A stretch of DNA of 29,967 nt from Planctomycetota bacterium (GTDB taxonomy: Bacteria > Planctomycetota > UBA1135 > UBA2386). How positions within the stretch are numbered: position 1 is the stretch's first letter; the number at the start of each line of letters is the position of its first letter. Made by a program: the position numbers and the translations under genes. The notes below the pieces were generated by a model. The model ran no database searches and was not told where the DNA came from. It saw nothing but the letters and a program-made list of their open reading frames with translations. Where the stretch lies: assembly GCA_947501605.1 (NCBI GenBank), contig CANMWZ010000045.1, positions 1 to 29,967 of the forward strand. The letters run 5' to 3'. Positions 17,265 to 27,756 of the stretch are shown one piece after another.

Positions 17265-17463
17265 CGCGGCCTGCTGCACTCGTGGCGCGGCGGCATGCCG
17301 AACGGCGCGAGGTCGGAAGGTCCAGCGCCGCGGTGCACCAAGCGGAGAACATCGAAGGGTCGATGGTCGGGGGTCTCGGTGCTGGTCGTCCGGAGTGCCC
17401 TGCCTCTGCAAGCGCACGCTTTCGCAGGGTGGAAGTTCGGCGACACTACTCTAGGATGAGCCG

Positions 17464-18990
17464 ATGCTCCGTCCCGAGCGTTCGAACCAACTCCACCACA
17501 AGGCGAATGGCCTTTCCGCGCGCGCGGGCCTCTGCTCGTTCGCCGCTTTGCTAGGCCTCGCGTCCTGCCGCGTTGGCCCGGATGCGCCGCCCGACACGAC
17601 AGCGCCGCCAAGGGATGCCTTGTCCCGGGGGCCGCTCGGCGACGGCGTGACCGCGGATCAGCAGCCGTTGCCGCGGTGGTGGACGTCGCTGGGGGATCCG
17701 CTGCTCAACACGCTCATCGAGCGCGCGGACGCTACCAACCAGACGCTCGCTGCCGCTGCGGCCAATGTGCGCGCTGCGTATGCCGCGGTCGGCGTGAGCG
17801 AGGCCCAGTTGTGGCCGACGGTCGGTGCAGGCGCTCAATACACGCGCACGCTGACCAACATCGCCTTGCTCGCAGCCAATGGAGTCGTGCTGGAGCCATA
17901 CAACAGCTACGCCTATGGCGTCGGCATGTCGTCATGGGAAATCGACCTCTGGGGCGGGGTCCGTCGCCAAGTCGAAGCTGCCGCCGCGTCGGCCGAATCG
18001 CGCGTCGAACAATTGCGCGACGCGCTCGTCTCGGTGCGCACACAGGTCGCAGCCTCCTATGTGCAGTTGCGCATGCTGCAGGAGCAGCGCGCATCGTTGA
18101 TCGCCAATTGCGAGGCACTGTCGACGACGCTCGAACTGACGCGCGCTCGCTTTGCAGCTGGCACAACCAATGCGCTCGACGTTTCGCGCGCAACGGCCGA
18201 ATACGACGGCGCCGACGCAGAAGTACCGCAGATCGACGCCGGAATCGCATCGACCATCGCGACGATTGCGGTGCTGTGCGGCGGCAATCCGTCGGAGTTC
18301 GCGCCGATGCTGGCAGAGAAGCAGGCCATGCCCAAGTCGCCCGAAGTCGCGGGTATTGGGTTGCCCGAAGAACTGCTGCAGCGTCGTCCAGACGTTCGCT
18401 CCGCGCAGCAGCGCCTCGTGGCGGCGACGGCGGCGATTGGCGCGGCGGAGGCGTATCGCTATCCCAAGCTCACGATCTCGGGCAACTTCTACATTGCGAC
18501 CACGGGAACGGATGGCCTCGCAGACCTTGGCAACCGGGCATACTCGATCGGGCCATCGCTCTACCTGCCGCTCTTCACTGGCGGCCGCATCGACGCGACC
18601 GTCAACCAAAAGCGCGCCGAGGCAGAAGCCGCGCTTGCGCAGTATCGCGGCGCAGTGATCGCTGCGGTGGGCGATGTCAGCGCGTGCGCGAGCGACTTCG
18701 TGCATGCGCGCGAGACGCGCCGTCGATCGGATTCGGCGTTGGCCAGCGCCGACGCGGCGCTCTCACTCGCGCAGCAGCAGTATGACGCTGGCGTCATCGA
18801 CTATGCGACGCTGCTCGACGTGCAGCGCGGCAAGTTGAGCGCCGAGAGCACGGCCGTCGAAGCACGCGCCGGAGTGGTCCAGGGATACATCGCGCTCCAA
18901 CGGGCTCTCGGAGCCGGTTGGGACGCAGAAGAACAAGCGGTCGAGGCCGCAATTTCGGCAGAGAGCACGCAAAGCGAGAACGCACGATGA
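17464..18990 (+). CDS. RND efflux outer-membrane lipoprotein (NodT/OprM, TolC family)
   Basis: Lipobox LASC, WWTSLGDPLLN.LI, SWEIDLWG, LLQRRPDV, L.RALG.GW. Confidence 0.93.
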   Translation: MLRPERSNQLHHKANGLSARAGLCSFAALLGLASCRVGPDAPPDTTAPPRDALSRGPLGDGVTADQQPLPRWWTSLGDPLLNTLIERADATNQTLAAAAANVRAAYAAVGVSEAQLWPTVGAGAQYTRTLTNIALLAANGVVLEPYNSYAYGVGMSSWEIDLWGGVRRQVEAAAASAESRVEQLRDALVSVRTQVAASYVQLRMLQEQRASLIANCEALSTTLELTRARFAAGTTNALDVSRATAEYDGADAEVPQIDAGIASTIATIAVLCGGNPSEFAPMLAEKQAMPKSPEVAGIGLPEELLQRRPDVRSAQQRLVAATAAIGAAEAYRYPKLTISGNFYIATTGTDGLADLGNRAYSIGPSLYLPLFTGGRIDATVNQKRAEAEAALAQYRGAVIAAVGDVSACASDFVHARETRRRSDSALASADAALSLAQQQYDAGVIDYATLLDVQRGKLSAESTAVEARAGVVQGYIALQRALGAGWDAEEQAVEAAISAESTQSENAR

Positions 18991-20135
18991 ACGCGAAGTT
19001 ACGAGCAATGGGATTCGGCCTGGCATTGGCAGTGGTCCTCGCGTCGTGCGCCAAGGCGCCGAGCGTTCCGCCGCCGCCCGCCGAGGTCACAGTGCGCACG
19101 GCGGTCGCGGTCGCCGAACCCGTGCGGCGCATCCGCACGTATCCAGGCGTCGCGCAGAGCGTGCACTCGGTCGCGATCAGCGCGCGCATCGCAGGCTTCT
19201 TGGCGAAGCAGCACGCCAGGGACGGCGCCACGGTCAAGGCTGGCGAACTCCTGTTCACGATCGACGAGCGGCCGTTCGCAGCACAGCTTGCCGCAGCGCA
19301 CGCAACGCTTGCTCAGACTGAAGCGCAGGTTCCGGCCGCGCTGGCTGCGCTAGAGCAGTCGCAGCGTGACGTCGAACGCAATGAGCCGCTTGCGAGCGCA
19401 GGCGGCGTGTCAAAGCAGTCGTTCGACCAGATGAAGACCAAGGTCTCGCAGTCCGACGCGCAGCTCACTGCGGCCAAGGCTGCCGTGGTCGCCGCGCGCG
19501 CGCAGGTCGAGATCGCGGAGCTCAACCTCTCCTACTGCCGCATCACCGCGCCATGCGACGGAGTGATCGGCAAGGCCGCGGCATCCGAAGGCGAAATGGT
19601 CGGCCCGGGCTACACGGTGCAGCTCAACCTGCTGGTGCAGATGAACCCGATGTGGGTCGAGTTCAGCCCGAGCGCCACTGAGTGGCCACTCGTCAAGGAG
19701 CGCATGGATCAGGGCGAGGTCAAGGCGACGATCGTCTATGGCGGCGTCGAAACGCTGCAGGCGACGGGCGTCGTGACGTTCGCGTCCAACGTCGTCAACG
19801 CGCAGACCTCGACGATCACGCTGCGCGTGACGTTCGACAACCCAAGCGACGCGTTCAAGCCGGGTACGTTCTGCAACGTCAAGCTCGACCTCGGCGAGAT
19901 CCCCGGCGTCGTGATGGTCCCGACGCGAGCGCTCGTCGCGCGCGAGACGGACTTCTACGTGTGGCGCGTCAAGCAGGACCAGACCGTCGAGAACCTGCGC
20001 GTCGTGGCCTCGATCCGCGAACCAGAGCGCGTTGGCATCGTCGAGGGCATCGCCGCTGGCGATCGCGTGGTGGTCGCCGGGACGCAGAAGTTGCGCGCCG
20101 GGTCCAAGGTCAAGGAAGAGCAGGCAGCAAAGTAA
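18987..20135 (+). CDS. RND efflux periplasmic adaptor (membrane fusion protein)
   Basis: ATG overlaps the upstream stop (ATGA). Lipobox LASC, I.ARI.G.L, V..G..LF.ID, LNL.YC.ITAP.DG.IG, GI..GDRVVV.G.QKLR.G. Confidence 0.93.
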   Translation: MNAKLRAMGFGLALAVVLASCAKAPSVPPPPAEVTVRTAVAVAEPVRRIRTYPGVAQSVHSVAISARIAGFLAKQHARDGATVKAGELLFTIDERPFAAQLAAAHATLAQTEAQVPAALAALEQSQRDVERNEPLASAGGVSKQSFDQMKTKVSQSDAQLTAAKAAVVAARAQVEIAELNLSYCRITAPCDGVIGKAAASEGEMVGPGYTVQLNLLVQMNPMWVEFSPSATEWPLVKERMDQGEVKATIVYGGVETLQATGVVTFASNVVNAQTSTITLRVTFDNPSDAFKPGTFCNVKLDLGEIPGVVMVPTRALVARETDFYVWRVKQDQTVENLRVVASIREPERVGIVEGIAAGDRVVVAGTQKLRAGSKVKEEQAAK

Positions 20136-20144
20136 GGCACCACG

Positions 20145-23100
20145 ATGTCGCGCTTCTTCATCCACCGACCGATCTTCGCGACGGTCATCGCGCTCATCAT
20201 GCTGCTGGCTGGCGGCGCGACAATGTTCACGCTGCCGATCGCGCAGTTCCCGACCATCGTGCCGCCGACCGTGCAAGTCAGCGCGGTCTACAACGGCGCC
20301 GACGCCGAGACCGTGGCGCAGACAGTCACGAGCCCGCTCGAACAGCAGATCAACGGCGTGCAGGGCATGCTCTACATGTCGTCGAACTCGACGAGCAACG
20401 GGCAGTCCGTGATCACCTGCACGTTTGAGGTCGGCTACGACCTCAACATTGCCGCGGTCGACGTGCAGAACCGCGCGCAGCAGGCGTTCTCGCAGTTGCC
20501 GCAGGAAGTGCAGCAACTCGGCATCACGGTCACGAAGCAGTCGTCCAACCTGACGCTCGTGGCGGCGCTGCGTTCGCCCGAGGGCGCTTACGACTCGCGC
20601 TACCTCACCAACCTCGCGGACATCACCGTGGTGCCGGCGCTGAAGCGCCTGAAGGGCGTCGGCAGCGTGACGATCTTCGGCCTCGAGCAATACTCGATGC
20701 GCATTTGGCTCGATCCCGCGCGCCTCGCGGCGATGGGGCTCACGTCCGCCGACGTGGCGCGCGCGATCCAATCGCAAAACAAGCAGTCGGCCATCGGCTC
20801 CATCGGCGCCGAGCCGAGCGTTGACAAGCCCGCGTTCCTCGTGAGCCTCACGACCAAGGGGCGCCTGGTCAGCGAACAGGAGTTCAACGACATCGTGGTG
20901 CGCACCGGCGACGCCGGCGCTGTCGTGCGCGTGCGCGACGTCGGACGCGCCGAGATGGGGTCGTATCTCTACACCGGCACATCGCACTACAACGGCAAGG
21001 GCGCGGCGCTGATCGGCGTCTACCAGTTGCCCGACGCCAACGCGTTCGCCGTCGCGCAGGAAGTGCGTGCGGAGCTGGAGCGGCTTGCGCCAATGATGCC
21101 GCCGGGCATCGAGCGCGAAGTCGCATACGACTCCACGACGTTCGTCGACGCGTCGCTCCACGAGCTGATCAAGACGCTGATCGAAGCCGCGCTGCTCGTG
21201 CTCCTCGTCATCTTCGTGTTCTTGCAGGATTGGCGCGCGACGCTGATCCCGATGGTCGCGATCCCGGTGTCGATCGTCGGCACGTTCGCGGTCATGGCGG
21301 CGTTCGGCTTCTCGATCAACTCGCTCACGCTACTCGGCCTCGTGCTCGCGATCGGCCTCGTCGTCGACGACGCGATCATCGTCGTCGAGAACGTGCACCA
21401 TCAGCTGGAGAACGGCGTCACCGACATGAAGGAGGCGGCAGAGAAGGCGATGAAGCAGGTCACGGGACCAATCGTCGCCACGAGCCTCGTGCTGCTCGCG
21501 GTGTTCATTCCCGCGGCGTTGATGCCCGGCATCACCGGCCAGCTCTACAACCAGTTCGCGCTGACCATCGCGTTCTCGATCGCGCTGAGCACGATCAACT
21601 CGCTGACGCTGTCGCCAGCACTCGCGGCGGTGTTCTTGAAGCCCGGGCACAGCGCGTCCACGTTCAAGCCATTCGTCCTCTTCAATCGGTTCTTCGATTG
21701 GTTGCGCGAGGTCTATGGCGCGATCGTCCACTGGTTTGGCGTGCGCTGGTACATCGTGCTCGGCTTCTTCGTCGCGTCGCTCGCAGCGATCGTGATGTTG
21801 CTCGCCAACACGCCGACCGCGTTCATCCCCAACGAGGACCAGGGCTACTACTTCATCGGCGTGCAATTGCCGCCGGGCACCGCGCTGCCGCATACGGTCG
21901 CAGTGAGCGAGAAGGCGCGGGCGATCGCGGCCGAGGACGAAGCGGTAGTCAACGTCGTGCAGATCGAGGGCTTCAACTTCCTCACTGGCACGCAGCAGAC
22001 CAACTCCGCGTTCCTCATTGTGACGCTGAAGCCGTGGGAAGAACGCGATCCGCGCACCGAGAACGCGCGAGCGGTCATTCTGCGCGCGCTGCCGCGGTTG
22101 CGTGACATCCCCGAAGCCGACGTGTTCCCCGTGCCGCCGCCGCCAATCGCGGGCCTCGGCGCAGCAAGCGGCTTCCAGCTCCAGCTCGAGGACTCGCAAG
22201 GCGTCGGCTTTGGCGAGTTCGCCGATGTCGCGCGCGAGTTCGTCGCGGCCGCGTCGAAGAAGAAGGAGCTGTCTGGCATCAACTCGCCGTTCAGCGACTC
22301 AGTGCCGGTGGCGCGCCTGGACATCGACCGCACCAAGACGCAGATGCTCTCAGTGGCGTTGAGCGACGTCTACACGGCGCTTGGCCAGAACCTCGGCCAG
22401 TCCTTCGTCAACAACTTCGCGCTGTTCGGCAAGGTCTACAACGTGATGCTGCAAGCGGACGCGCTGCAGCGCATGGGCGTCGAGGACATCCTCAACATCC
22501 ATGTGCGCAACGCCCAGGGCGGCATGGTGCCGCTGTCCGCGATCGCCAAGGTCTCGCTCGGCACCGCGACCGACAATGCGACGCACTTCAACCTGTTCAA
22601 CACGATCCAGGTGAACGGCAGCCCGGCCGCTGGCTACAGCTCGGGCGACGCGATTCGCGCCATCGCCGAAGTAGCCGCCGAGTCGCTGCCGTCTGGCTTC
22701 ACCTACGAGTGGACCGGCACGGCCTATCAGGAGATCGAGTCCGGCGGCTATGCCGGCCTCATCTTCGGTCTCGCGCTGATCGCCGTGTTCTTGCTGCTCG
22801 CCGCGCAATACGAGTCGTGGTCGCTGCCGTTCAACGTGTTGCTCGCCGTCGCGTTCGCCGTGCTGGGCGCGCTCGTGGCGCTCCAGATCACCGGCATCGC
22901 GCTCAACACCTACGCGCAGATCGGCCTCGTGATGCTCGTCGGCCTCGCGGCCAAGAACGCGATCATGATCACGGAGTTTGCCGCCGAGCGTTACTACTCT
23001 GGCGAGTCCGTGCGCGATGCGGCCGTCAACGCGTCGAAGCTGCGTCTGCGTCCAATCCTGATGACGAGCTTTGCGTTCATCCTCGGCATCCTGCCGCTCG

Positions 23101-23297
23101 TCGTAGCCCACGGCGCCGGCGCGATGAGCATGCGCTCGATCGGCACGGTCGTGCTCGGCGGCATGCTGGGCGCAGTCGTCGTCGACCAGATCGTCGTGCC
23201 AACGCTGTTCGTGATGATCATGGGCCTGCGCGAGAAGTTGTTTGGCAGGCCAAAGCGCGCGCACGCACAAGCTGGCGGCCACGACGGCCACGCCTGA
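20145..23297 (+). CDS. RND multidrug efflux permease, HAE1 (AcrB/MexB) family
   Basis: 1050 aa; MSRFFIHRPIFA start. Proton-relay motifs GLVVDDAIIVVEN, GLAAKNAI and RLRPILMTS are intact. Confidence 0.97.
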   Translation: MSRFFIHRPIFATVIALIMLLAGGATMFTLPIAQFPTIVPPTVQVSAVYNGADAETVAQTVTSPLEQQINGVQGMLYMSSNSTSNGQSVITCTFEVGYDLNIAAVDVQNRAQQAFSQLPQEVQQLGITVTKQSSNLTLVAALRSPEGAYDSRYLTNLADITVVPALKRLKGVGSVTIFGLEQYSMRIWLDPARLAAMGLTSADVARAIQSQNKQSAIGSIGAEPSVDKPAFLVSLTTKGRLVSEQEFNDIVVRTGDAGAVVRVRDVGRAEMGSYLYTGTSHYNGKGAALIGVYQLPDANAFAVAQEVRAELERLAPMMPPGIEREVAYDSTTFVDASLHELIKTLIEAALLVLLVIFVFLQDWRATLIPMVAIPVSIVGTFAVMAAFGFSINSLTLLGLVLAIGLVVDDAIIVVENVHHQLENGVTDMKEAAEKAMKQVTGPIVATSLVLLAVFIPAALMPGITGQLYNQFALTIAFSIALSTINSLTLSPALAAVFLKPGHSASTFKPFVLFNRFFDWLREVYGAIVHWFGVRWYIVLGFFVASLAAIVMLLANTPTAFIPNEDQGYYFIGVQLPPGTALPHTVAVSEKARAIAAEDEAVVNVVQIEGFNFLTGTQQTNSAFLIVTLKPWEERDPRTENARAVILRALPRLRDIPEADVFPVPPPPIAGLGAASGFQLQLEDSQGVGFGEFADVAREFVAAASKKKELSGINSPFSDSVPVARLDIDRTKTQMLSVALSDVYTALGQNLGQSFVNNFALFGKVYNVMLQADALQRMGVEDILNIHVRNAQGGMVPLSAIAKVSLGTATDNATHFNLFNTIQVNGSPAAGYSSGDAIRAIAEVAAESLPSGFTYEWTGTAYQEIESGGYAGLIFGLALIAVFLLLAAQYESWSLPFNVLLAVAFAVLGALVALQITGIALNTYAQIGLVMLVGLAAKNAIMITEFAAERYYSGESVRDAAVNASKLRLRPILMTSFAFILGILPLVVAHGAGAMSMRSIGTVVLGGMLGAVVVDQIVVPTLFVMIMGLREKLFGRPKRAHAQAGGHDGHA

Positions 23298-23330
23298 GTT
23301 GCTGGGTTGCGCGGGCGGTCACTCGTCCGC

Positions 23331-23481
23331 GCAGAAGAGCAGTAGCGAGGCCTCGCTGTCGATTTCGCCAGCCGTGGCGGTGTCGTCATCGACAGCCAGC
23401 TTGCCGTGGCGCCGCAGCGCGCGGCGCACGCGACTGCCGATGGCGCACCTGCTGTGCGACGTCGCGATCGGTGACTTCGCC
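23331..23481 (-). mobile_element. IS91-like transposase internal remnant (frameshifted)
   Basis: GEVTDRDVAQQVR then frameshift AIGSRVRRALRRHGKLAVDDD..EIDSEASLLLFC. Resembles from memory the T.EDVA.LV..I..RV.R.LRR.G.L..DD...L.FC segment of IS91-family transposases. Confidence 0.5.
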
Positions 23482-23879
23482 GTGCGGATCGAGGGTCCCC
23501 ACGGCTGCTCCGTGCCCGAACGGTCGCGGTGTTCACGCGGATCTCTGCCCGGCCCAGTCGCCCGTTCCTTTGTGCAACCCGGCACCTAGGTAACACTGCA
23601 TCTGGCGCAATCGGCATCAGCAGCCGCGACCTCTCGGGCAGGGTCGCTAGCGCAAGCGCTCCGAGGTGCATGCTCCAGACATCGTCCGTGGCCTGGAAGC
23701 CCTCGATCGAAGCCCCGACCACGAAGGCAGCCGCTGCCCGTCGATCGCGCGACCAAGCGGGGCACGCAAACGCCATCGCGGCCAGCAGCGCGGCGTTTCA
23801 TCTCCAAGGGATCGGCCTATGCTGAATCGCCTCAAGACCCTGGGCATTGGCCCTTGTGTCGCAACCGGAAGCAACTGAC

Positions 23880-24104
23880 ATGGCAAAGAAGCAAGCAAGC
23901 GGCGGCGTCTATCGCGTGACGGAGATCATCGGCACCAGTTCAGTCTCGTGGGAAGACGCGGCACGCACCGCCATCGAGACGGCGGCAAAGTCGTTGCGCG
24001 ACCTGCGCGTCGCGGAAGTTGGCCAACTCGACATGAAGATCGAGAACGGCAAGGTCGTCGCTTACCGGGCGCGCGTCACCCTGTCGTTCAAATACGAGGA
24101 TTGA
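23880..24104 (+). CDS. Dodecin family protein
   Basis: 74 aa; VYRVTEIIGTS..SWEDAA..AI..A.KSLRDLRVAEV...D..IENG.V..YR..V.LSFKYE. Confidence 0.92.
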   Translation: MAKKQASGGVYRVTEIIGTSSVSWEDAARTAIETAAKSLRDLRVAEVGQLDMKIENGKVVAYRARVTLSFKYED

Positions 24105-24167
24105 GCGGCAACGTGTGGCGGTCGGAGCGCGCGCCGACCACCCTCGCGGCGCAACTCGACGAGCGCA

Positions 24168-25574
24168 TCAGCTACGCACTTCAATCTGCAGTGCGTCAGT
24201 GAGTGCTATGGGGTTGCCGTCCTTGAACACCGCGACCTGCGCATGCAACGTCGCGGCCTCGGGACGATTCAAGAGCACCGCCGCGGCGGTGAAGCGGCCG
24301 CGCGCACGGCCGTCGCCAAAGCGCTGCAGCGGCTGGATGGCTACCGGCGGGATCGGCAGCCACGCCGTGAGGCTGCCCTCAAGATCGGTCTTCACTGTCA
24401 CGAAGTCGAGCGCGAGCACCACGTCCCCGGTGGCCGGCAATCCCTGCACTTCGCACTGCAACACGTGATCACTCCCTTCCAGCCATGTGATCTGCGCCTG
24501 CACCTGTCGCTTTGCTGGTAGCGCGACGACTGCGCTGCGCCGCCAAGCCGACGTTGCAGCAATGCGCATTACGAGATCCTGGGTGAACACCGCAGCGCCG
24601 AGCCGATTGAAGTGGCCTGGGTCGTACCAAAGTGTGCGATCAAACAGATCTGGGAACTGCTCGGGTCGATCGAGGTCCAGCACGGTCGCGCGCTTGGCGA
24701 TTTCTGCGATCGAATCGCGGCCAGCAAAGCCCCCGTAGTAGCACGGCATCACCACATAGATCGGCTCGATGCCAGCCGCCCGCACACGTGCGTCCACCGC
24801 GTTGAACGCGGCCATCGGGAAGCCGCCCGAATCCTCTTCTACCTTCGATGCACTCCACTTGGTCGCCAGCATTTCCTTCGGGCGGTCGGGTTCCTCGGCG
24901 AAGATCTTGGCCTGCTCGCGCATGTCCGCGGCGGCAATGCTCTCGGTCGCGAGATAGCCACAATCTGCCACCGGGTAGGTCCCCGGTAGGGGTAGCCCAT
25001 TGGCCCGAGCCAGCAGGGAATCCAACAACCGAACTCCTTGGCCGAGGCGGAAGCCGTTCGCCGCGGTGTGCATTGTCAGGAACAGCAACTGTTGTAGCTT
25101 CGACTCTGACCGTTCCTTGGCTGCCCACAGTCCTGCGAGGCGAGGCCACAGTTGGCGCGGCGCGTGCATCTCGATGTCCTGGTCGGTGAGCCAGTTGGTA
25201 CCGCGCAGCATCTGACTGAACGTGTTCAGCTCGATGACCAACGTCTTGATGCCAGTCGGTCGAAGATCAAGCAGCCATTCGATGCACTCATCGCAATCGT
25301 GTCCGCGCAGTCCGCTCATCGCGAAGTTCAGCGATCGCGTACGAAAGCCGATCTCGGCCATCCGCTGGTCAAAGACCTTTGGCACGACGCCGAAGTTCAT
25401 GCGGCTGCTTCCGATGAAGACCGTGTCCCACTGGTCGACGTCGTCGTGCAATTGCACAAATCGCGGTCTCGTCCAACTCCAGATCGGCACTTCGTCGAGA
25501 TCGTGGAGCCACGCCGCCGTGCCCAGCAGTGCTAGCACGAACAAGACCGTGTGAGTCAATCGGTGGGCCAACAT
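24168..25574 (-). CDS. SGNH-like periplasmic partner of MBOAT O-acyltransferase, with extra C-terminal domain
   Basis: N-terminal TM, FIGSSR (block I-like) and DPGH (DxxH). Starts 8 nt after the MBOAT stop. Confidence 0.7.
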   Translation of the reverse strand: MLAHRLTHTVLFVLALLGTAAWLHDLDEVPIWSWTRPRFVQLHDDVDQWDTVFIGSSRMNFGVVPKVFDQRMAEIGFRTRSLNFAMSGLRGHDCDECIEWLLDLRPTGIKTLVIELNTFSQMLRGTNWLTDQDIEMHAPRQLWPRLAGLWAAKERSESKLQQLLFLTMHTAANGFRLGQGVRLLDSLLARANGLPLPGTYPVADCGYLATESIAAADMREQAKIFAEEPDRPKEMLATKWSASKVEEDSGGFPMAAFNAVDARVRAAGIEPIYVVMPCYYGGFAGRDSIAEIAKRATVLDLDRPEQFPDLFDRTLWYDPGHFNRLGAAVFTQDLVMRIAATSAWRRSAVVALPAKRQVQAQITWLEGSDHVLQCEVQGLPATGDVVLALDFVTVKTDLEGSLTAWLPIPPVAIQPLQRFGDGRARGRFTAAAVLLNRPEAATLHAQVAVFKDGNPIALTDALQIEVRS

Positions 25575-25582
25575 CGGTGGGA

Positions 25583-27010
25583 TCAGAATTGGAAGTAAAT
25601 GAAAGGCCGTGCGTGCAGCGGCATGAATGCAAGCGCCAGCTCCGCAATGACGCCGAACAGCAGCGTCACCAACCACGCCGGCAACACCCGTCGCGCCCAC
25701 AGGTGCATGTCCATGCTAGTCAGCACGTGCAGCACCAAGAGCGGCGCCAACAAGGCCCCGCAACGCGCCAGCAAGCCCCAATGTGGCATGGGAGACCATA
25801 TCACTACTTCTTGCTGCCCCGGCGACTCCCACCACAGCCAGGCCTTGGCCATCGTCCACGAAGCGCTGAAGTCCCCGGCGCGGAAGAAAATCCACGCCAG
25901 GAGCACCGTGTAGAGGGTCAGCAGCCGCGACACGAAGGGCAGCTTGCCTGCCCCCACGCAGCGCACCCACTCCTTGTGTGCCACCAGCGCAACGCCATGG
26001 ATCGCGCCCCAAATCACGAAGTTCCACCCCGCCCCGTGCCACAGCCCGCCCAGCAGCATTGTCAGCAGCAGGTTGCGATGCGTGAACCAGCGGCCGCCGC
26101 GGTTGCCGCCGAGCGTGATGTACAGGTAGTCGCGCAACCAGGTGGACAGGCTGAGATGCCAGCGCCGCCAAAAGTCAGTGATGCTGGTCGCCAGATACGG
26201 AAAGCGGAAGTTGGGGCACAGCTCGTAGCCAAGCAATCGTGCGGACCCGATCGCCATGTCCGAGTAGCCCGAGAAGTCGCAGTAGATCTGGATCGCGTAG
26301 CAAACCACCGCGATCCAGATCGACCCAGCCGTGTAAGCCGACGGATCCTTGAAGACCATGTCGGCGGGACCAGCGACCAAGTCAGCGATGACCGCCTTCT
26401 TGACGAAGCCACTCAGGAACTGTCCCAACGCGAGGTGAACATCCACCTTCGCAAAGCTGCGCTTCTCGTCCAACTGGAACAGGAAATCCGATGCGCGCAC
26501 GATCGGCCCCGCCACCAACTGCGGGAAGAACGTCACGAAGAGCAAGAAGTCGGAATAGCTCCGCACCGCCTTCAACTGCCCGCGGTACACATCAATCGTG
26601 TAACTCATCGCCTGGAACGTGAAGAAGCTGATGCCGACCGGCAGCAGAATCCCCAGCGTCAGATCACTGATGTCCAATCCCAACCCGCGCAACCCCGCCC
26701 CGATCGAAGCCGCGAAGAAGTCGAAGTACTTGAAGAACCCCAGCGTGCCTAGGTCATAGGCGAGACTTGCAAACAGCCAGCCCTTGCCCTTTTGGCCGCG
26801 CGCTCGTGCGGCATCGATCTTCAGCGACGCCACGAAGTCCACTGTCGCGCACCCGACAATCAAGCCGAGGAATCGCCAATCCCAAGAGCCGTAAAAGTAC
26901 AGGCTCGCCGCCAACAGAAGCAGCTTCCGCTGGCTGTTGGTGCGCAGCGACCAGTAGGCCGTTAACACCAGCAGGAAGAACAACAGAAAGCGCGGCTCGG
27001 TGAAGATCAT
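25583..27010 (-). CDS. MBOAT family O-acyltransferase (AlgI/PatA/DltB-like)
   Basis: LPVGISFFTFQAMSY, FFPQLVAGPIVR, QIYCDFSGYSDMAIG, FWRRWHLSLSTWLRDYLYI.LGG, GLWHGA (catalytic His), PFIYFQF C-terminus. Confidence 0.97.
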   Translation of the reverse strand: MIFTEPRFLLFFLLVLTAYWSLRTNSQRKLLLLAASLYFYGSWDWRFLGLIVGCATVDFVASLKIDAARARGQKGKGWLFASLAYDLGTLGFFKYFDFFAASIGAGLRGLGLDISDLTLGILLPVGISFFTFQAMSYTIDVYRGQLKAVRSYSDFLLFVTFFPQLVAGPIVRASDFLFQLDEKRSFAKVDVHLALGQFLSGFVKKAVIADLVAGPADMVFKDPSAYTAGSIWIAVVCYAIQIYCDFSGYSDMAIGSARLLGYELCPNFRFPYLATSITDFWRRWHLSLSTWLRDYLYITLGGNRGGRWFTHRNLLLTMLLGGLWHGAGWNFVIWGAIHGVALVAHKEWVRCVGAGKLPFVSRLLTLYTVLLAWIFFRAGDFSASWTMAKAWLWWESPGQQEVVIWSPMPHWGLLARCGALLAPLLVLHVLTSMDMHLWARRVLPAWLVTLLFGVIAELALAFMPLHARPFIYFQF

Positions 27011-27756
27011 CGATGGGGCAACCCGAAAGGCGCGACCATGCGAACAGCGTAGCCCCGACGGGAGACGCCCTGCTAGCTCGATCCGATCGCGCGACCTTCA
27101 TGCCCGCGTGGCGATGCCTGCGTCATAGCAGTGGTTTCACAATTGGCCTGCGAGCGAGCCCGAACAACGACGATCGGGTCCGCGTCACGGCCATCGGGCT
27201 TCGGCCCGGCCGCAACCGCTGGGGTGTTGTGCAGCCACTTGTAGGCCCCGGCCCCTACGACGAGGCGCAACGGCAGCGCGTGCCGCTCAGGCCACGGCCC
27301 ATTGCCGTGTCGCGCGACCCCGCGCCCGGAGAACACGGACACCTGAGTCTCCTCCGACCCGAGCCTCCAGCAGCTGCAGCCTCGATGGTTGCCTCAGCGC
27401 CGTCGTCAAGTCGGCCGCTCGCTCGGTCGCCACGAACCCACAGCGACTACGACACAAGGCGTGCCGTGATCGCTTGTTCCAGACAGAAACCTGGGGAAGG
27501 CCCTGGCGCGCCGCAGCCACACGCCGCCCATTCAGCTCTGCCGAAGGCGCGGGCGGCCTGAGCGAGCCGTCGCTCTTCCATCTGTGGCGGAGCGGGGAAC
27601 GAACGTCCGCGCGGTGCGGTACAGAGCCCGAGTAGCAGTTGCTCTGTCGTCTTTCAGGCGAGAGGGCATGGACCGTGGGGGTGATCCGACCGATCATCAC
27701 CGACCTTCCCCACCACGTCGTCGCGCTCCTTGCGCGCCTGCCCCCGAGCCCTCTCG

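Noticed and set aside
17310..17380. Possible fifth repeat copy (minus strand cgaccatc...gcgctggaccttccgacc)
   Set aside because: Spacing differs and the middle does not align; similarity could be chance.
27011..27750. 740-bp intergenic region as a gene, ncRNA or IS remnant
   Set aside because: No ORF with convincing composition and no repeat or structure I can support; needs a database search.
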